Source: Patescibacteria group bacterium
GTDB lineage: Bacteria; Patescibacteriota; Patescibacteriia; JACRDY01
Length of the DNA stretch: 64,000 nt
Direction of reading: 5' to 3'
Assembly (NCBI GenBank): GCA_041650515.1
Contig: JBAZLA010000005.1
Location: 2,034-66,033, forward strand
The position numbers and the translations under genes were made by a program. The notes under the pieces were generated by a model, which was not told where the DNA came from, ran no database searches, and worked only from the letters and a program-made list of their open reading frames with translations. This document shows positions 15,124 to 23,607 of the stretch, in pieces. Position 1 is the first letter of the stretch. Each line of letters begins with the position of its first letter.

Positions 15124-15519
15124 ATGACTAAAAAGGCTAAGGAGCTAGTTATTTTAGTTAGCATTGTTACTATAATTTTGGTTGTTATTGGTTTTCTGAA
15201 ATTTGTTTATTTTTCTCCTAATCCAGAAAATAAACTGAGCTGTAAATTTCCCGTGAGAGTTGCCAGCGATTTATTAGAACCGGACGTTAATAAAGGGGCG
15301 ATAGTGATGGTTGATAAATGCTATAGCAAAACTGACTTGCAGTTTGGTAATGTGGTGGTTTTTAAGGACCAAGATGGGACAATGTTAATGCGTTATTTTT
15401 TAAAATTTAATGAGGCGGGTGACAAAATAGATTTAGTCAGAAGGTTAACTGATTCAATGGTCGAGAGAACGATTGGTGAAGATCAAATTAGCGGCGTAAT
15501 TAGTTTAATTAATAAATAA
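15124..15519 (+). CDS. membrane-anchored hypothetical protein (possibly degenerate S26/S24 peptidase-like fold)
   Basis: N-terminal TM helix. The segment VASDLLEPDV...GAIVMVDK...GNVVVFKD resembles the signal-peptidase I beta-core, but the catalytic Ser/Lys were not confidently identified. Confidence 0.45.
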   Translation: MTKKAKELVILVSIVTIILVVIGFLKFVYFSPNPENKLSCKFPVRVASDLLEPDVNKGAIVMVDKCYSKTDLQFGNVVVFKDQDGTMLMRYFLKFNEAGDKIDLVRRLTDSMVERTIGEDQISGVISLINK

Positions 15520-15526
15520 GATCCAT

Positions 15527-15802
15527 ATGAGCAGTAAAAAAATTTTTACCGAAGAGCAAGCTAAAGCAATAGGGGAGAAGCTAGGCATTAAATGGGATAA
15601 GTTTGATATCGAGCAATTTCGTCGGGGTATGGATGTGGAGCTCGAACACGGTTTAGTGGACCCAGCGACCAATGTAACTAATGATGATCCGCTAACAACC
15701 GGCAAGATTGCCCTAGCCCATCTTAACGAATTTGCTGATTATTACACCCGCTTAGACCAGATGGAAAAAGAGGCTGATGAATTTTGGGGGAGGGAGGAAT
15801 AA
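15527..15802 (+). CDS. hypothetical protein (91 aa)
   Basis: ORF with an acidic C-terminus. No motif recognised. Confidence 0.45.
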   Translation: MSSKKIFTEEQAKAIGEKLGIKWDKFDIEQFRRGMDVELEHGLVDPATNVTNDDPLTTGKIALAHLNEFADYYTRLDQMEKEADEFWGREE

Positions 15803-15840
15803 TTACTAATTAAAAATTAATAATTACGAATTAATAATTA
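15801..15840. repeat. AATTAC(G/T)AATTA heptad-type tandem motif
   Basis: aattactaattaaaaattaataattacgaattaataatta. The same motif recurs at 26598, 28836 and 44950. Confidence 0.4.
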
Positions 15841-15844
15841 AAGA

Positions 15845-15866
15845 GCCGGGTTACCCCCGGTCTTTT
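15845..15866. terminator. rho-independent terminator
   Basis: Hairpin ccggg-ttac-cccgg followed by tcttttt. Confidence 0.45.
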
Positions 15867-16089
15867 TATTTGTTATTTGATTATTTGAAGAAGGAGAGTT
15901 GTATTATTAGGGGAGAATATTTAGAGGTTTGGGTTTAGCTCTATGGTAGTGTCGCACAATATATCTTATGCGTCGCTTGAATAGGGCTTTTAAGCTCAAA
16001 CTGGTCTAGAGATTATAAAAACCCCTGTCCTGGGGCTGATTATAATTTTAATGGATTTAATTACTAATTATTAATTAAAAAAATAATAA

Positions 16090-17004
16090 TTATTTAAAGT
16101 ATACCCTATTTTCAAATCTTAGATCAATATAATTAATTTTTTTGTCTTTAACTTTTTGTTTGATTACTAAGTCTAAATTAGCCAATTGGCGGTCCAAGTC
16201 GTTTTGGAGGTCAAAATAGACATCAAACCCCCGGCTAGTGACCACTCGGACTTCAGTGCCTTGAGGTTCAGGTATTTGATAGGCCCTAGCTTCTAAATTA
16301 ACACTAGCTATTTTTTCTTTAAGTTGATAAATAAATTGGATAATCGCTGGGCTAACTATTGCTTGGCCAACTTTTACTTTGGTATTTGATAAATCATAAA
16401 CTATTGGTAGATTAGTATCTAGCACCGATAAATCAGTCATGGCTTCGCCAGTGGTGTCTGGTTGATTGGTGGCCGCGCCTTCAACCAAAGTGATATTAGC
16501 AACAATGACTTCTTTGACCGCTAAGCCATTAGAGTCTAAATAATAGTATTGATCCCCGCTAACCCAAGTAATTTGGCTCTCCTTTTCGGTAATAACAATT
16601 TTTAAGGTTTTTAGGGGTCTTTTTTTGATTTGGGCATCAGTAACCACATAGCGGTTTTTAATCTCATCTTGGGCCGTTTTTGAGTTAAAAAACCATAGAT
16701 TAGACTGGCTAAAGAGACCGAAGCGGCGCTGGCTAAGCTGGTCTTGAATAATCTGCTTAACTTGCTCAGCGCTAAGGCTTTTAATCCCCTCAGTTTGAAT
16801 GTTTTGAATCGTAAAAATGCCTGACCAACAGATTAGGTAAAGTAAGAAAAAGAAGCCCGCAATCCCTAAGGTTAGGTAGATTTTAAAACTGCGGCGTTGC
16901 CAGAAAAACTGTCGACGTTTAAACATCCCACCAGCGCCAGCGCCGCGGCGGAAAAGTGATCGACCCGAAGGTCTTTTGTAGCTTCTTTTTCTGGACCAGA
17001 ACAT
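16090..17004 (-). CDS. ftsQ: cell division protein FtsQ/DivIB (POTRA domain)
   Basis: N-terminal basic tail, single TM helix and POTRA-like region. Lies immediately downstream of ddl, the conserved dcw order. Confidence 0.7.
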   Translation of the reverse strand: MFWSRKRSYKRPSGRSLFRRGAGAGGMFKRRQFFWQRRSFKIYLTLGIAGFFFLLYLICWSGIFTIQNIQTEGIKSLSAEQVKQIIQDQLSQRRFGLFSQSNLWFFNSKTAQDEIKNRYVVTDAQIKKRPLKTLKIVITEKESQITWVSGDQYYYLDSNGLAVKEVIVANITLVEGAATNQPDTTGEAMTDLSVLDTNLPIVYDLSNTKVKVGQAIVSPAIIQFIYQLKEKIASVNLEARAYQIPEPQGTEVRVVTSRGFDVYFDLQNDLDRQLANLDLVIKQKVKDKKINYIDLRFENRVYFK

Positions 17005-17040
17005 ATTGATTAAAACTAGCTAGGCGTCGTAAAATAGTAG

Positions 17041-19443
17041 TTAATATTTTTTATTTTGGATTAATTTTTCTAGAAGTTCTCTGGGGAAAATTGGTGGAGT
17101 CTCGGCTAGAGCTTGTTGATACAGGACTGTTGAGGGGGTTAAACCTGGCAAGGTGTTGACCTCAATAATTAATAAATCGCCGGTTTGAATATTAACAAAG
17201 GCATCGATTCGGGCATAGCCACGCAGGCCAATTTTTTTGGCTACTAGTTGGATCGATTTTTTTATTTTTGATAATACTGCGGGTTTAATAATATCTTTTG
17301 GCGGCGGGGTGATATTAATTCCAGTGCCGCCTTGGAATTTTTCTTCCACAGTTAGCACCTCCCCTTCTACCACCGTGATACTGGGGTTAAAAGCTTTAAG
17401 CGTGTTGTGATCCTCCACGACGCCAACGGTTATTTCGACCCAGCCGGTACGATGGCCGTGTTTTAATTGATTATTGTGCGCTCGCAGGATGTCAGTATAT
17501 ACAAACTGCTCTAGCAGTAATTCGGTGGGCGGGCTTGGCGGCATTTCGATAATACTTAGCTGGTTTTGAAATGTTTGTTTGGGTATACAGCCATCGCCGG
17601 TGGCGATAATTTTTAGATATTTTGCCAAATCGTTGGCGGAATAAAGATGAGCAATCCCCGTGCTGCAGCCATCGCCGCGCGGTTTGATGATTAATGTTTT
17701 GGCGGTCAGCTCTTTTTGGGCTTTGGTCCAGAGCTGTTCAATTTGTTTTTGGTTAAATTTTATGGCGGTTTTGGTTTTGATTATTTTTCCAGGAACAGAT
17801 TTAACCCCGGGTATTTTTAATTGGTTAATAAAATTGGCCGTTGCCCGTTTATCCATACACAGGCGCGAAGCTTGTTCCTCTGGGCCGTTAAACCGTACTC
17901 CCCTCTTAGTTAGTATTTTTTGGAGGTTGCCGTTTTCACCATCACCACCGTGCAGAGCAATAAAAATGAAATCAGACTCTTTAATCAGTTGATTAAAGTT
18001 TAGTTTCTCCGGCGCAAAAAAATCTTTCTTGTCTTTAATCTCCGTTAAACCAAGGTGTAGCCTGGCTCTTTCCTCGAACGAAGTTAGTCTTTTGGCGGCC
18101 GCTTGATAATGGCGGCAATTTTGGGTGATTTCTTCAACTGTGTGATTAAGACAGAGATGATAGGGCAAGCGCCAGATTAAGCCTTGGGGGTCTAATAAAT
18201 AAGGTTTGGGTTGATATTTAGTTGACCGGCGAAGCTTAAGCCAGACATTAGTGCCGCTCATCAGTGAAACTTGTCTTTCCGAGTCAGCGCCGCCCATCAG
18301 AACACTGACCGGCTGACGACGTGTGGTAATGGTTTTTTGAGCAACCGGAAACGGTATATTATAACGGTTACAAGTTCGTTTGATGATATATTGTAAAACG
18401 TCACTATGCGTTAGGCCGATCCGACTGGCTTGTTGAAAAAGAAAACTATTTTGCTCCATGCCGCTGATCATATTAAAGTCGCAGAACCAGATTTGGCCGT
18501 TGGGTAGTACCCAGCCATCGAACCGGCCAAAATCGCGCATTTTGAATAGTGAAAAAAGTTGTTCACCTTGAGCTTGGATTTTTTCAATTATTTTGTCGTT
18601 AAATCTTGGCGGGCAATGCCAGGTTACTTGGTGGGTGGGTAGATATTTTTTGCGAAAATCAAAAATCTGGTGTTCGGTGTAATCGGTTTCGATCTCGGTT
18701 GGCGGCAGGGCCACGGGTAACCCCAGGTGATTTTCTAAAATAATCATGGTAAATTCTGTGCCTTTGGCAAACGGTTCAATAACCACCCGGTTGGTAGTCC
18801 GCTGGGAAAAAAGTAGTTTAGCTTTAGCTAGAGCCTGGTTCGGAGTGGCCACGGAAAAAACACCAATACTCGAGCCACCAATAGCGGGTTTAACGATCGC
18901 TCGTTTAATTTGATAATTTTTGAAGAATTTTTTCACTATTTGACGGTGGTCGGAATGATTAATTCTGAGCACCGCTGACGGTAGGGTAAAAAATCCTTGT
19001 TGTTTAATAAACTCGTTAGCGATAAATTTATCAAAAGCCTGGCGGCAAGTCGGAGCGCTTGAGCCGACAAAAGGTAAATGGTGCTTTGCCAAAAAACTCT
19101 GGATCTGGCCGTCCTCGCCAAACTGGCCATGCATGGCTGGAAAAGTGATATCTATTTTTTTGAGTAAACTAACTAACCCTTTGGCGGTCAGTGGTTGAGC
19201 GGTTTGTTTGAGTTTAAAATCAAAATCAGATGGCGTGTTGCTATATAATTGAGCTTTGGAAATCTGGTAAGGGTTTTTTTGAGTATCAAAATAAATCGGT
19301 ATAATTTCTATCTGGGCCGATTGTAAGTGATCCATCAGCGACCGGGAAGAATTTAGCGAAATCCCCCGCTCGGCCGAGGGACCGCCGCAGAGAACAGCTA
19401 CTTTTAGTTTGGCTGTTGTTTTTTTTGAGTTAATATTTGACAT
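17041..19443 (-). CDS. ddl: tandem-duplicated D-alanine--D-alanine ligase (two complete ATP-grasp Ddl modules fused, 800 aa)
   Basis: Two Ddl N-terminal signatures (KVAVLCGGPSAERGISLNS and VSVLMGGADSERQVSLMSG). The C-terminal Ddl motif ARIDAFV...IIEVNTLPGLT is complete, and the first half has a diverged ATP-grasp C-terminal region. Confidence 0.8.
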   Translation of the reverse strand: MSNINSKKTTAKLKVAVLCGGPSAERGISLNSSRSLMDHLQSAQIEIIPIYFDTQKNPYQISKAQLYSNTPSDFDFKLKQTAQPLTAKGLVSLLKKIDITFPAMHGQFGEDGQIQSFLAKHHLPFVGSSAPTCRQAFDKFIANEFIKQQGFFTLPSAVLRINHSDHRQIVKKFFKNYQIKRAIVKPAIGGSSIGVFSVATPNQALAKAKLLFSQRTTNRVVIEPFAKGTEFTMIILENHLGLPVALPPTEIETDYTEHQIFDFRKKYLPTHQVTWHCPPRFNDKIIEKIQAQGEQLFSLFKMRDFGRFDGWVLPNGQIWFCDFNMISGMEQNSFLFQQASRIGLTHSDVLQYIIKRTCNRYNIPFPVAQKTITTRRQPVSVLMGGADSERQVSLMSGTNVWLKLRRSTKYQPKPYLLDPQGLIWRLPYHLCLNHTVEEITQNCRHYQAAAKRLTSFEERARLHLGLTEIKDKKDFFAPEKLNFNQLIKESDFIFIALHGGDGENGNLQKILTKRGVRFNGPEEQASRLCMDKRATANFINQLKIPGVKSVPGKIIKTKTAIKFNQKQIEQLWTKAQKELTAKTLIIKPRGDGCSTGIAHLYSANDLAKYLKIIATGDGCIPKQTFQNQLSIIEMPPSPPTELLLEQFVYTDILRAHNNQLKHGHRTGWVEITVGVVEDHNTLKAFNPSITVVEGEVLTVEEKFQGGTGINITPPPKDIIKPAVLSKIKKSIQLVAKKIGLRGYARIDAFVNIQTGDLLIIEVNTLPGLTPSTVLYQQALAETPPIFPRELLEKLIQNKKY

Positions 19444-19488
19444 AAATTAAATTTTATTATAGAGTATAGAATCTCAGGAGGTGTAATT

Positions 19489-19701
19489 TTGAGCAAAAGA
19501 GCGGAAAAATTGATAATGGCGATGCTTTACGCCATTATCGCGTTCGCGGCCTTTCAAAGTCGCGAATGGTTGTGGTGCGGTCTGTCGGCCACGGCGCTGA
19601 CTGGAATTATCCTCTGGTTCAACTACGGCCATCCGTGGCTGACCAGGCGGCTGGCTAATCGGCCAAAGAAACCGACGACGCCGCTCTCCCCCTTCCTCTA
19701 A
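19489..19701 (+). CDS. small membrane protein (70 aa), TTG start
   Basis: SD aggagg 7 nt upstream of TTG. Two hydrophobic helices. Locally GC-rich. Confidence 0.4.
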   Translation: MSKRAEKLIMAMLYAIIAFAAFQSREWLWCGLSATALTGIILWFNYGHPWLTRRLANRPKKPTTPLSPFL

Positions 19702-19809
19702 TCGACAATTGAGTGAAGGGTTTTTTTTATTTAAATTTACTTGACACTAAACTGGTTATAGGATAACTTTAGGGTTATCAATCATTTTTCGTACGGGAGG
19801 GTTCTGATA

Positions 19810-20034
19810 ATGCTGAGTCAATTTTTCTGGGTCGTGTTTTTCGCCGTGGTATATGTCTGTGGGGTTTTATACCCCCGACGAATATTATCGCTTAAGCGGT
19901 TCGCCGAGCCAGCGTCGGCGCGTCGACCCAGCTTTCGGGATGTGATTGGCGCGTTGATCAGCCTCGTCGGTGTAATGGGTCTTAGCTGGTCACTCAACCG
20001 GTTACTTGAACCATTTCACCAGTATCTTCACTAA
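19810..20034 (+). CDS. small membrane protein (74 aa)
   Basis: SD gggagg, hydrophobic N-terminus (FFWVVFFAVVYVCGVLY), followed by a terminator. Locally GC-rich. Confidence 0.4.
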   Translation: MLSQFFWVVFFAVVYVCGVLYPRRILSLKRFAEPASARRPSFRDVIGALISLVGVMGLSWSLNRLLEPFHQYLH

Positions 20035-20037
20035 TCT

Positions 20038-20066
20038 CCTCGTCTCTTGAGGAGTTTTTTTATAAA
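20038..20066 (+). terminator. rho-independent terminator
   Basis: Hairpin ctcctc-gtctctt-gaggag followed by a T9 run. Confidence 0.55.
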
Positions 20067-20100
20067 TAATATTAATTATTAGATATTGGATATTGGTGGA

Positions 20101-21231
20101 TTAAACCATTATTCGTGGTAGTACGGGGTTAATCCGGGTGACCACTTCGTAATTAATCGTGCCAATTTTTCCGGCCAAGTCTTCAGCGGTGATTCTAGCT
20201 TTACCTTGTTGGCCGATTAGCACCACTTCGTCGTTGATTTTAACGTTCTTGACTTTGGTGGCATCAATTATAATTAAATTCATACAAACGCGGCCGCGGA
20301 TTGGACATTTTTGTCCGTGGATTAAGACTTCGCCTTTGTTTGATAAATGGCGGTCATAACCATCCCAGTAGCCAACAGGCAGAACCGCAATTTTAGTTGT
20401 TTTAGTAGTTTTATAAGTGCAGCCATAGCCAATGCTTTGGCCTGGGTTTAGACATTTTACCGCAATTACGCGGGTTTTCCAAGTTAGGGCTGGCTGGAGA
20501 TTAAAACTAGGGTAGATTTTACTCGTCAGGCGTTTAGCTAGTTTAGATGGCCACAGACCATAAAGGCTAATACCCAGGCGAATTAGATTATATTGGCTTT
20601 CGGGGCGGACGAGCGCCGCGGCGCTGCAAGCAAAATGTTTAAGTGGGATATTAATGCCAAGTTTGTTCAGTTTAGCCACAAAATCATTAAAACGCTGGAT
20701 TTGCTGATCAGTAAATTTTTGGTTTTCCTCGGAGGCGGCAAAATGCGAAAACAGTCCTTCAAGTCTCAAATTTTTAAGTTTGGTAGTAATTTGGGTGATC
20801 AATTTTAAAGCTTCGGTTTCCCCTACCCCGAGCCTTGAAGTGCCGGTGTCTAACTTAAGGTGAACCCTGGCAATTCTATGTAATTTTTTCGCCGCTAAAT
20901 TAATTTGTTTTATTTGATCTGAATTATAAACCACCAAACTGATATTATTTTTGGCTGCCAGATCAATTTGATCAAAATAAAAAGATAGCACCAAAATGGG
21001 CTTGGTAATTTTAGCGCGACGCAGCTCCAGTGCTTCATCAAGGCTAACCACACAAAACCAGTCGGTTTGCTGCTGAATCACTTGGCTAACGCCGATTATC
21101 CCATGGCCGTAGGCGTTGCTTTTGACTGTCGCGCCGATTTGCGTCCCCGGCGACAGAATCCGACGGAATTGGTTTAGATTATGTTTTAGGTTTTGGGTAT
21201 TAATTTCGACCCAGGAATTGATCGTAAGCAT
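20101..21231 (-). CDS. alr: alanine racemase
   Basis: PLP-binding motif ATVKSNAYGHG and the Alr C-terminal beta domain. The ORF is open to 21264, but the first 11 codons (MRRTRDDNKTN) derive from a repeat element, so the start was placed at the MLTINSW Met. Confidence 0.85.
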   Translation of the reverse strand: MLTINSWVEINTQNLKHNLNQFRRILSPGTQIGATVKSNAYGHGIIGVSQVIQQQTDWFCVVSLDEALELRRAKITKPILVLSFYFDQIDLAAKNNISLVVYNSDQIKQINLAAKKLHRIARVHLKLDTGTSRLGVGETEALKLITQITTKLKNLRLEGLFSHFAASEENQKFTDQQIQRFNDFVAKLNKLGINIPLKHFACSAAALVRPESQYNLIRLGISLYGLWPSKLAKRLTSKIYPSFNLQPALTWKTRVIAVKCLNPGQSIGYGCTYKTTKTTKIAVLPVGYWDGYDRHLSNKGEVLIHGQKCPIRGRVCMNLIIIDATKVKNVKINDEVVLIGQQGKARITAEDLAGKIGTINYEVVTRINPVLPRIMV

Positions 21232-21242
21232 GTTTGTTTTAT

Positions 21243-21350
21243 TGTCATCCCTCGTCCGCCGCAAGCGGACGAAGGATTGGCCTGTTTCTATTAATGATCC
21301 GATCCTTTGCGGAGTTTACCCTGAGCGCAGCGAAGGGCTCGGGATGACAG
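21243..21350. repeat. palindromic repeat unit (tgtcatccctcgtccgccgcaagcggacgaaggat ... ctcgggatgacag)
   Basis: Inverted termini tgtcatcc / ggatgaca, with the internal conserved core gcggagtttaccctgagcgcagcgaagg shared with copies at 22843 and 28205. Confidence 0.55.
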
Positions 21351-21376
21351 TAGTAGGGTTTATTTGCGGTCAAAAT

Positions 21377-21907
21377 CTACTTAATAATCGTGACGCTAGC
21401 TGGCAACTTTTCTTGAATAATACCCAAATCGAGTGTGGAATAATTATTGCCGGAGATATTTAATGTCTTCAGATTTTGGAGATTGCCTAATTCATAAGGC
21501 AGGCCGGTTAGCTGGTTATTAGATAGATCAAGTATCTGGAGGTTTTTTAGTTGGCCGATTTCCGCCGGCACGCCAGTCATTTGGTTATTACTGGCTTTAA
21601 GCACCTTTAGACTTTGCAGCTGTCGGATTTCCGCCTGGATCGCGCCGGTCAGCAAATTATTGGATAGATTAAGTTCGACCAAGTTTTTTTGCTTAAAAAC
21701 GTATTCAGGCACTTTAGTCAGCTGCTGATTACTTAGATCGAGCTTGTCGCTAGCCGTTGTTATGGGTGTGTTATTTACCGGTAGCGGAGTATTGTTGTTT
21801 TGCAACGCCGGGTTGGTATCGGCGGTGTTTAGCGCTGGCTGGCCGGTTAAGGCGCAACCGGTTAATAGCAGGCCAAGGCCGATAGCTATAAAAAATATCT
21901 TCTTCAT
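21377..21907 (-). CDS. leucine-rich-repeat lipoprotein
   Basis: Lipoprotein signal MKKIFFIAIGLGLLLTGC, followed by ~6 LRRs (LxxLxLSNNQLTGLP). Confidence 0.75.
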   Translation of the reverse strand: MKKIFFIAIGLGLLLTGCALTGQPALNTADTNPALQNNNTPLPVNNTPITTASDKLDLSNQQLTKVPEYVFKQKNLVELNLSNNLLTGAIQAEIRQLQSLKVLKASNNQMTGVPAEIGQLKNLQILDLSNNQLTGLPYELGNLQNLKTLNISGNNYSTLDLGIIQEKLPASVTIIK

Positions 21908-21972
21908 ATATTTGGGGTTAGATTAATTAGAGCTTCTCCTTATATTCTACCGCTTTTAAGTCATTTACGCCA

Positions 21973-22335
21973 CTATCTCTTTTTGAGCCAGCCAACAAGA
22001 AACAGGGTGCCAATAAAAAAGGTCGGAACGGCGATAATAAAAGAATATGATAACAAATACCACTCGAATTCTGGATTTCTTAAAATTAACCCGAGGTATA
22101 AAAATCCGGCTAGAATAAAGATAATTCCACCAACGATTTCGCGCTTCCAGGCTAGCCAAAGAACAATCGCTAGGATAACCGCCGGGATATTGTGAATCAG
22201 TAAAGCTACCACAGTCCCCCCAAATCCGTAGTGACCCTCGAACACGTCCAAGGAGAATAAAGTCAAAAAAATAATGAATAGAATAGACATTATTCTGGGA
22301 GTCCAATAGATAAATTTATTAACTTTTTTTTCCAC
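21973..22335 (-). CDS. integral membrane protein (120 aa, 4 TM)
   Basis: Hydrophobic helices. Chosen over the overlapping alternative frame 21965-22306. Confidence 0.45.
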   Translation of the reverse strand: MEKKVNKFIYWTPRIMSILFIIFLTLFSLDVFEGHYGFGGTVVALLIHNIPAVILAIVLWLAWKREIVGGIIFILAGFLYLGLILRNPEFEWYLLSYSFIIAVPTFFIGTLFLVGWLKKR

Positions 22336-22341
22336 AATGTT

Positions 22342-22830
22342 TTAAGCTATTTGGGCAAACAACACTACGTAGTTTTTGCCATAGGCTTTGGCGCATTTAG
22401 GGCAAGTGGTGTAGGAAAAATATAATTTTTTAATTTTTTGATTTTTACTCTCCACGTACTGGTGCATTTCCTCAGCCCACTTGCCGGCATTTTGGTATGG
22501 GCCTTCAAAAACTTTGGTCAGAAAAGTGCCAGAAAGCGTGGCCATCTTGACGCCAGGAACAGCTTTAGTCACATCAATATAAATATCCGAACCCCACGGC
22601 GATTCATCAAATAACATTAATTGGTGGGCTGATTTAGCTCCAGCTTTTTCAATTAGGGCCATATTTTTAACTATCTTTTTACCCATATTGAGCGGAATAT
22701 GCAGAAAATTCGTGACATGGTCTTTAACAAAAACTTTGTCTTCCCACATGATTTCTTTATCCTGCCACGGCTCGGGATTAAACGGCTCGCAGCAGCCGGT
22801 GGGTTTGATTGGTTGTGTTTGTTCGGTCAT
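22342..22830 (-). CDS. hypothetical protein (162 aa; N-terminal GCCEPF motif, C-terminal CPKC)
   Basis: ORF with complex composition. No family recognised. Confidence 0.45.
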   Translation of the reverse strand: MTEQTQPIKPTGCCEPFNPEPWQDKEIMWEDKVFVKDHVTNFLHIPLNMGKKIVKNMALIEKAGAKSAHQLMLFDESPWGSDIYIDVTKAVPGVKMATLSGTFLTKVFEGPYQNAGKWAEEMHQYVESKNQKIKKLYFSYTTCPKCAKAYGKNYVVLFAQIA

Positions 22831-22842
22831 ATGTTTTTAAGA

Positions 22843-22982
22843 TGTCATCCTGAGTCACGCGTAGCGGGACGAAGGATCAGCCTGTTTCTGCTAACGAGCC
22901 GATTCTTCGCTCCGCTCAGAATGACATATTGGGAATGCTTCGCGGAGTTTATCCTGAACGAAGTGAAGGACTTAGGATGACA
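22843..22982. repeat. composite palindromic repeat (two nested units of the tgtcatcctgag...gaaggatc family)
   Basis: tgtcatcctgagtcacgcgtagcgggacgaaggatc, then gcctgtttctgctaacgagccgattcttcgctccgctcagaatgaca, then gcggagtttatcctgaacgaagtgaaggacttaggatgacag. Confidence 0.55.
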
Positions 22983-22992
22983 GAGTAATTAG

Positions 22993-23460
22993 TTACTCCC
23001 ACTTTACTGGCTGGTAGGCGTGGGGGTAAAGGTCTTTAAGAATAAATTTTTGCCATTTGGGGAAAATCCAGCCATTGGGTTTTTGAATATACTGCAAACA
23101 AATAACTGTCGTCTGGGGCGTGCCAAACTCCCACAGCAAAGCCCGGCAAGTGCCGCAAGGTGTGGAGCTATCCTTTTGGACTTTGGGCACGGGATCAGCC
23201 ACGACCACGGTTTTGACTTTAGCCTGATACGACTCAGCTAAAACCATATTAGCTATAGCGTGTCGCTCGCCACAAACGCTAGCGTGGCTGATACTATCCA
23301 CTTCTAAACACCCGCCATCATGGATTTTTCCGCTGTCCGATACCACAAAAGCATACAGTGTATCAATCCCGCTTCTGGCATGGCGAATCTTATTGTATTT
23401 AACCACTTGCTTTTTGGCGTGGTTAAGAAGTTTTTGTTCGGATGGGGTAAGGTGGAGCAT
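22993..23460 (-). CDS. cdd: cytidine/deoxycytidylate deaminase family protein
   Basis: Zinc ligand motifs CGERHAI (H/C-A-E type) and TPCGTCRALL (PCxxCR). 155 aa. Confidence 0.65.
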   Translation of the reverse strand: MLHLTPSEQKLLNHAKKQVVKYNKIRHARSGIDTLYAFVVSDSGKIHDGGCLEVDSISHASVCGERHAIANMVLAESYQAKVKTVVVADPVPKVQKDSSTPCGTCRALLWEFGTPQTTVICLQYIQKPNGWIFPKWQKFILKDLYPHAYQPVKWE

Positions 23461-23607
23461 AAATTCATTTATCGTTTAGATTTTATAATCATTCTAAAGG
23501 GTCGCTAAAAATTATTTCATATAACGTCTGCACGTCATGTGAACTTACGGCTCTGAAGGGCGAACCGCCTATACGCTGTTAGGCGATGTTTAAAGTTTTT
23601 TTATTTT

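Noticed and set aside
21965-22306. 113-aa ORF overlapping 21973-22335 on the same strand
   Set aside because: It is an alternative frame of the same region. The 21973-22335 frame gives a coherent 4-TM membrane protein, whereas this one is Arg/Tyr-rich low complexity.
22699-22980. 93-aa ORF 22699-22980(+)
   Set aside because: Its C-terminal two-thirds are encoded by the composite palindromic repeat (LRMTYWECFAEF... signature). It overlaps the real minus-strand gene 22342-22830.
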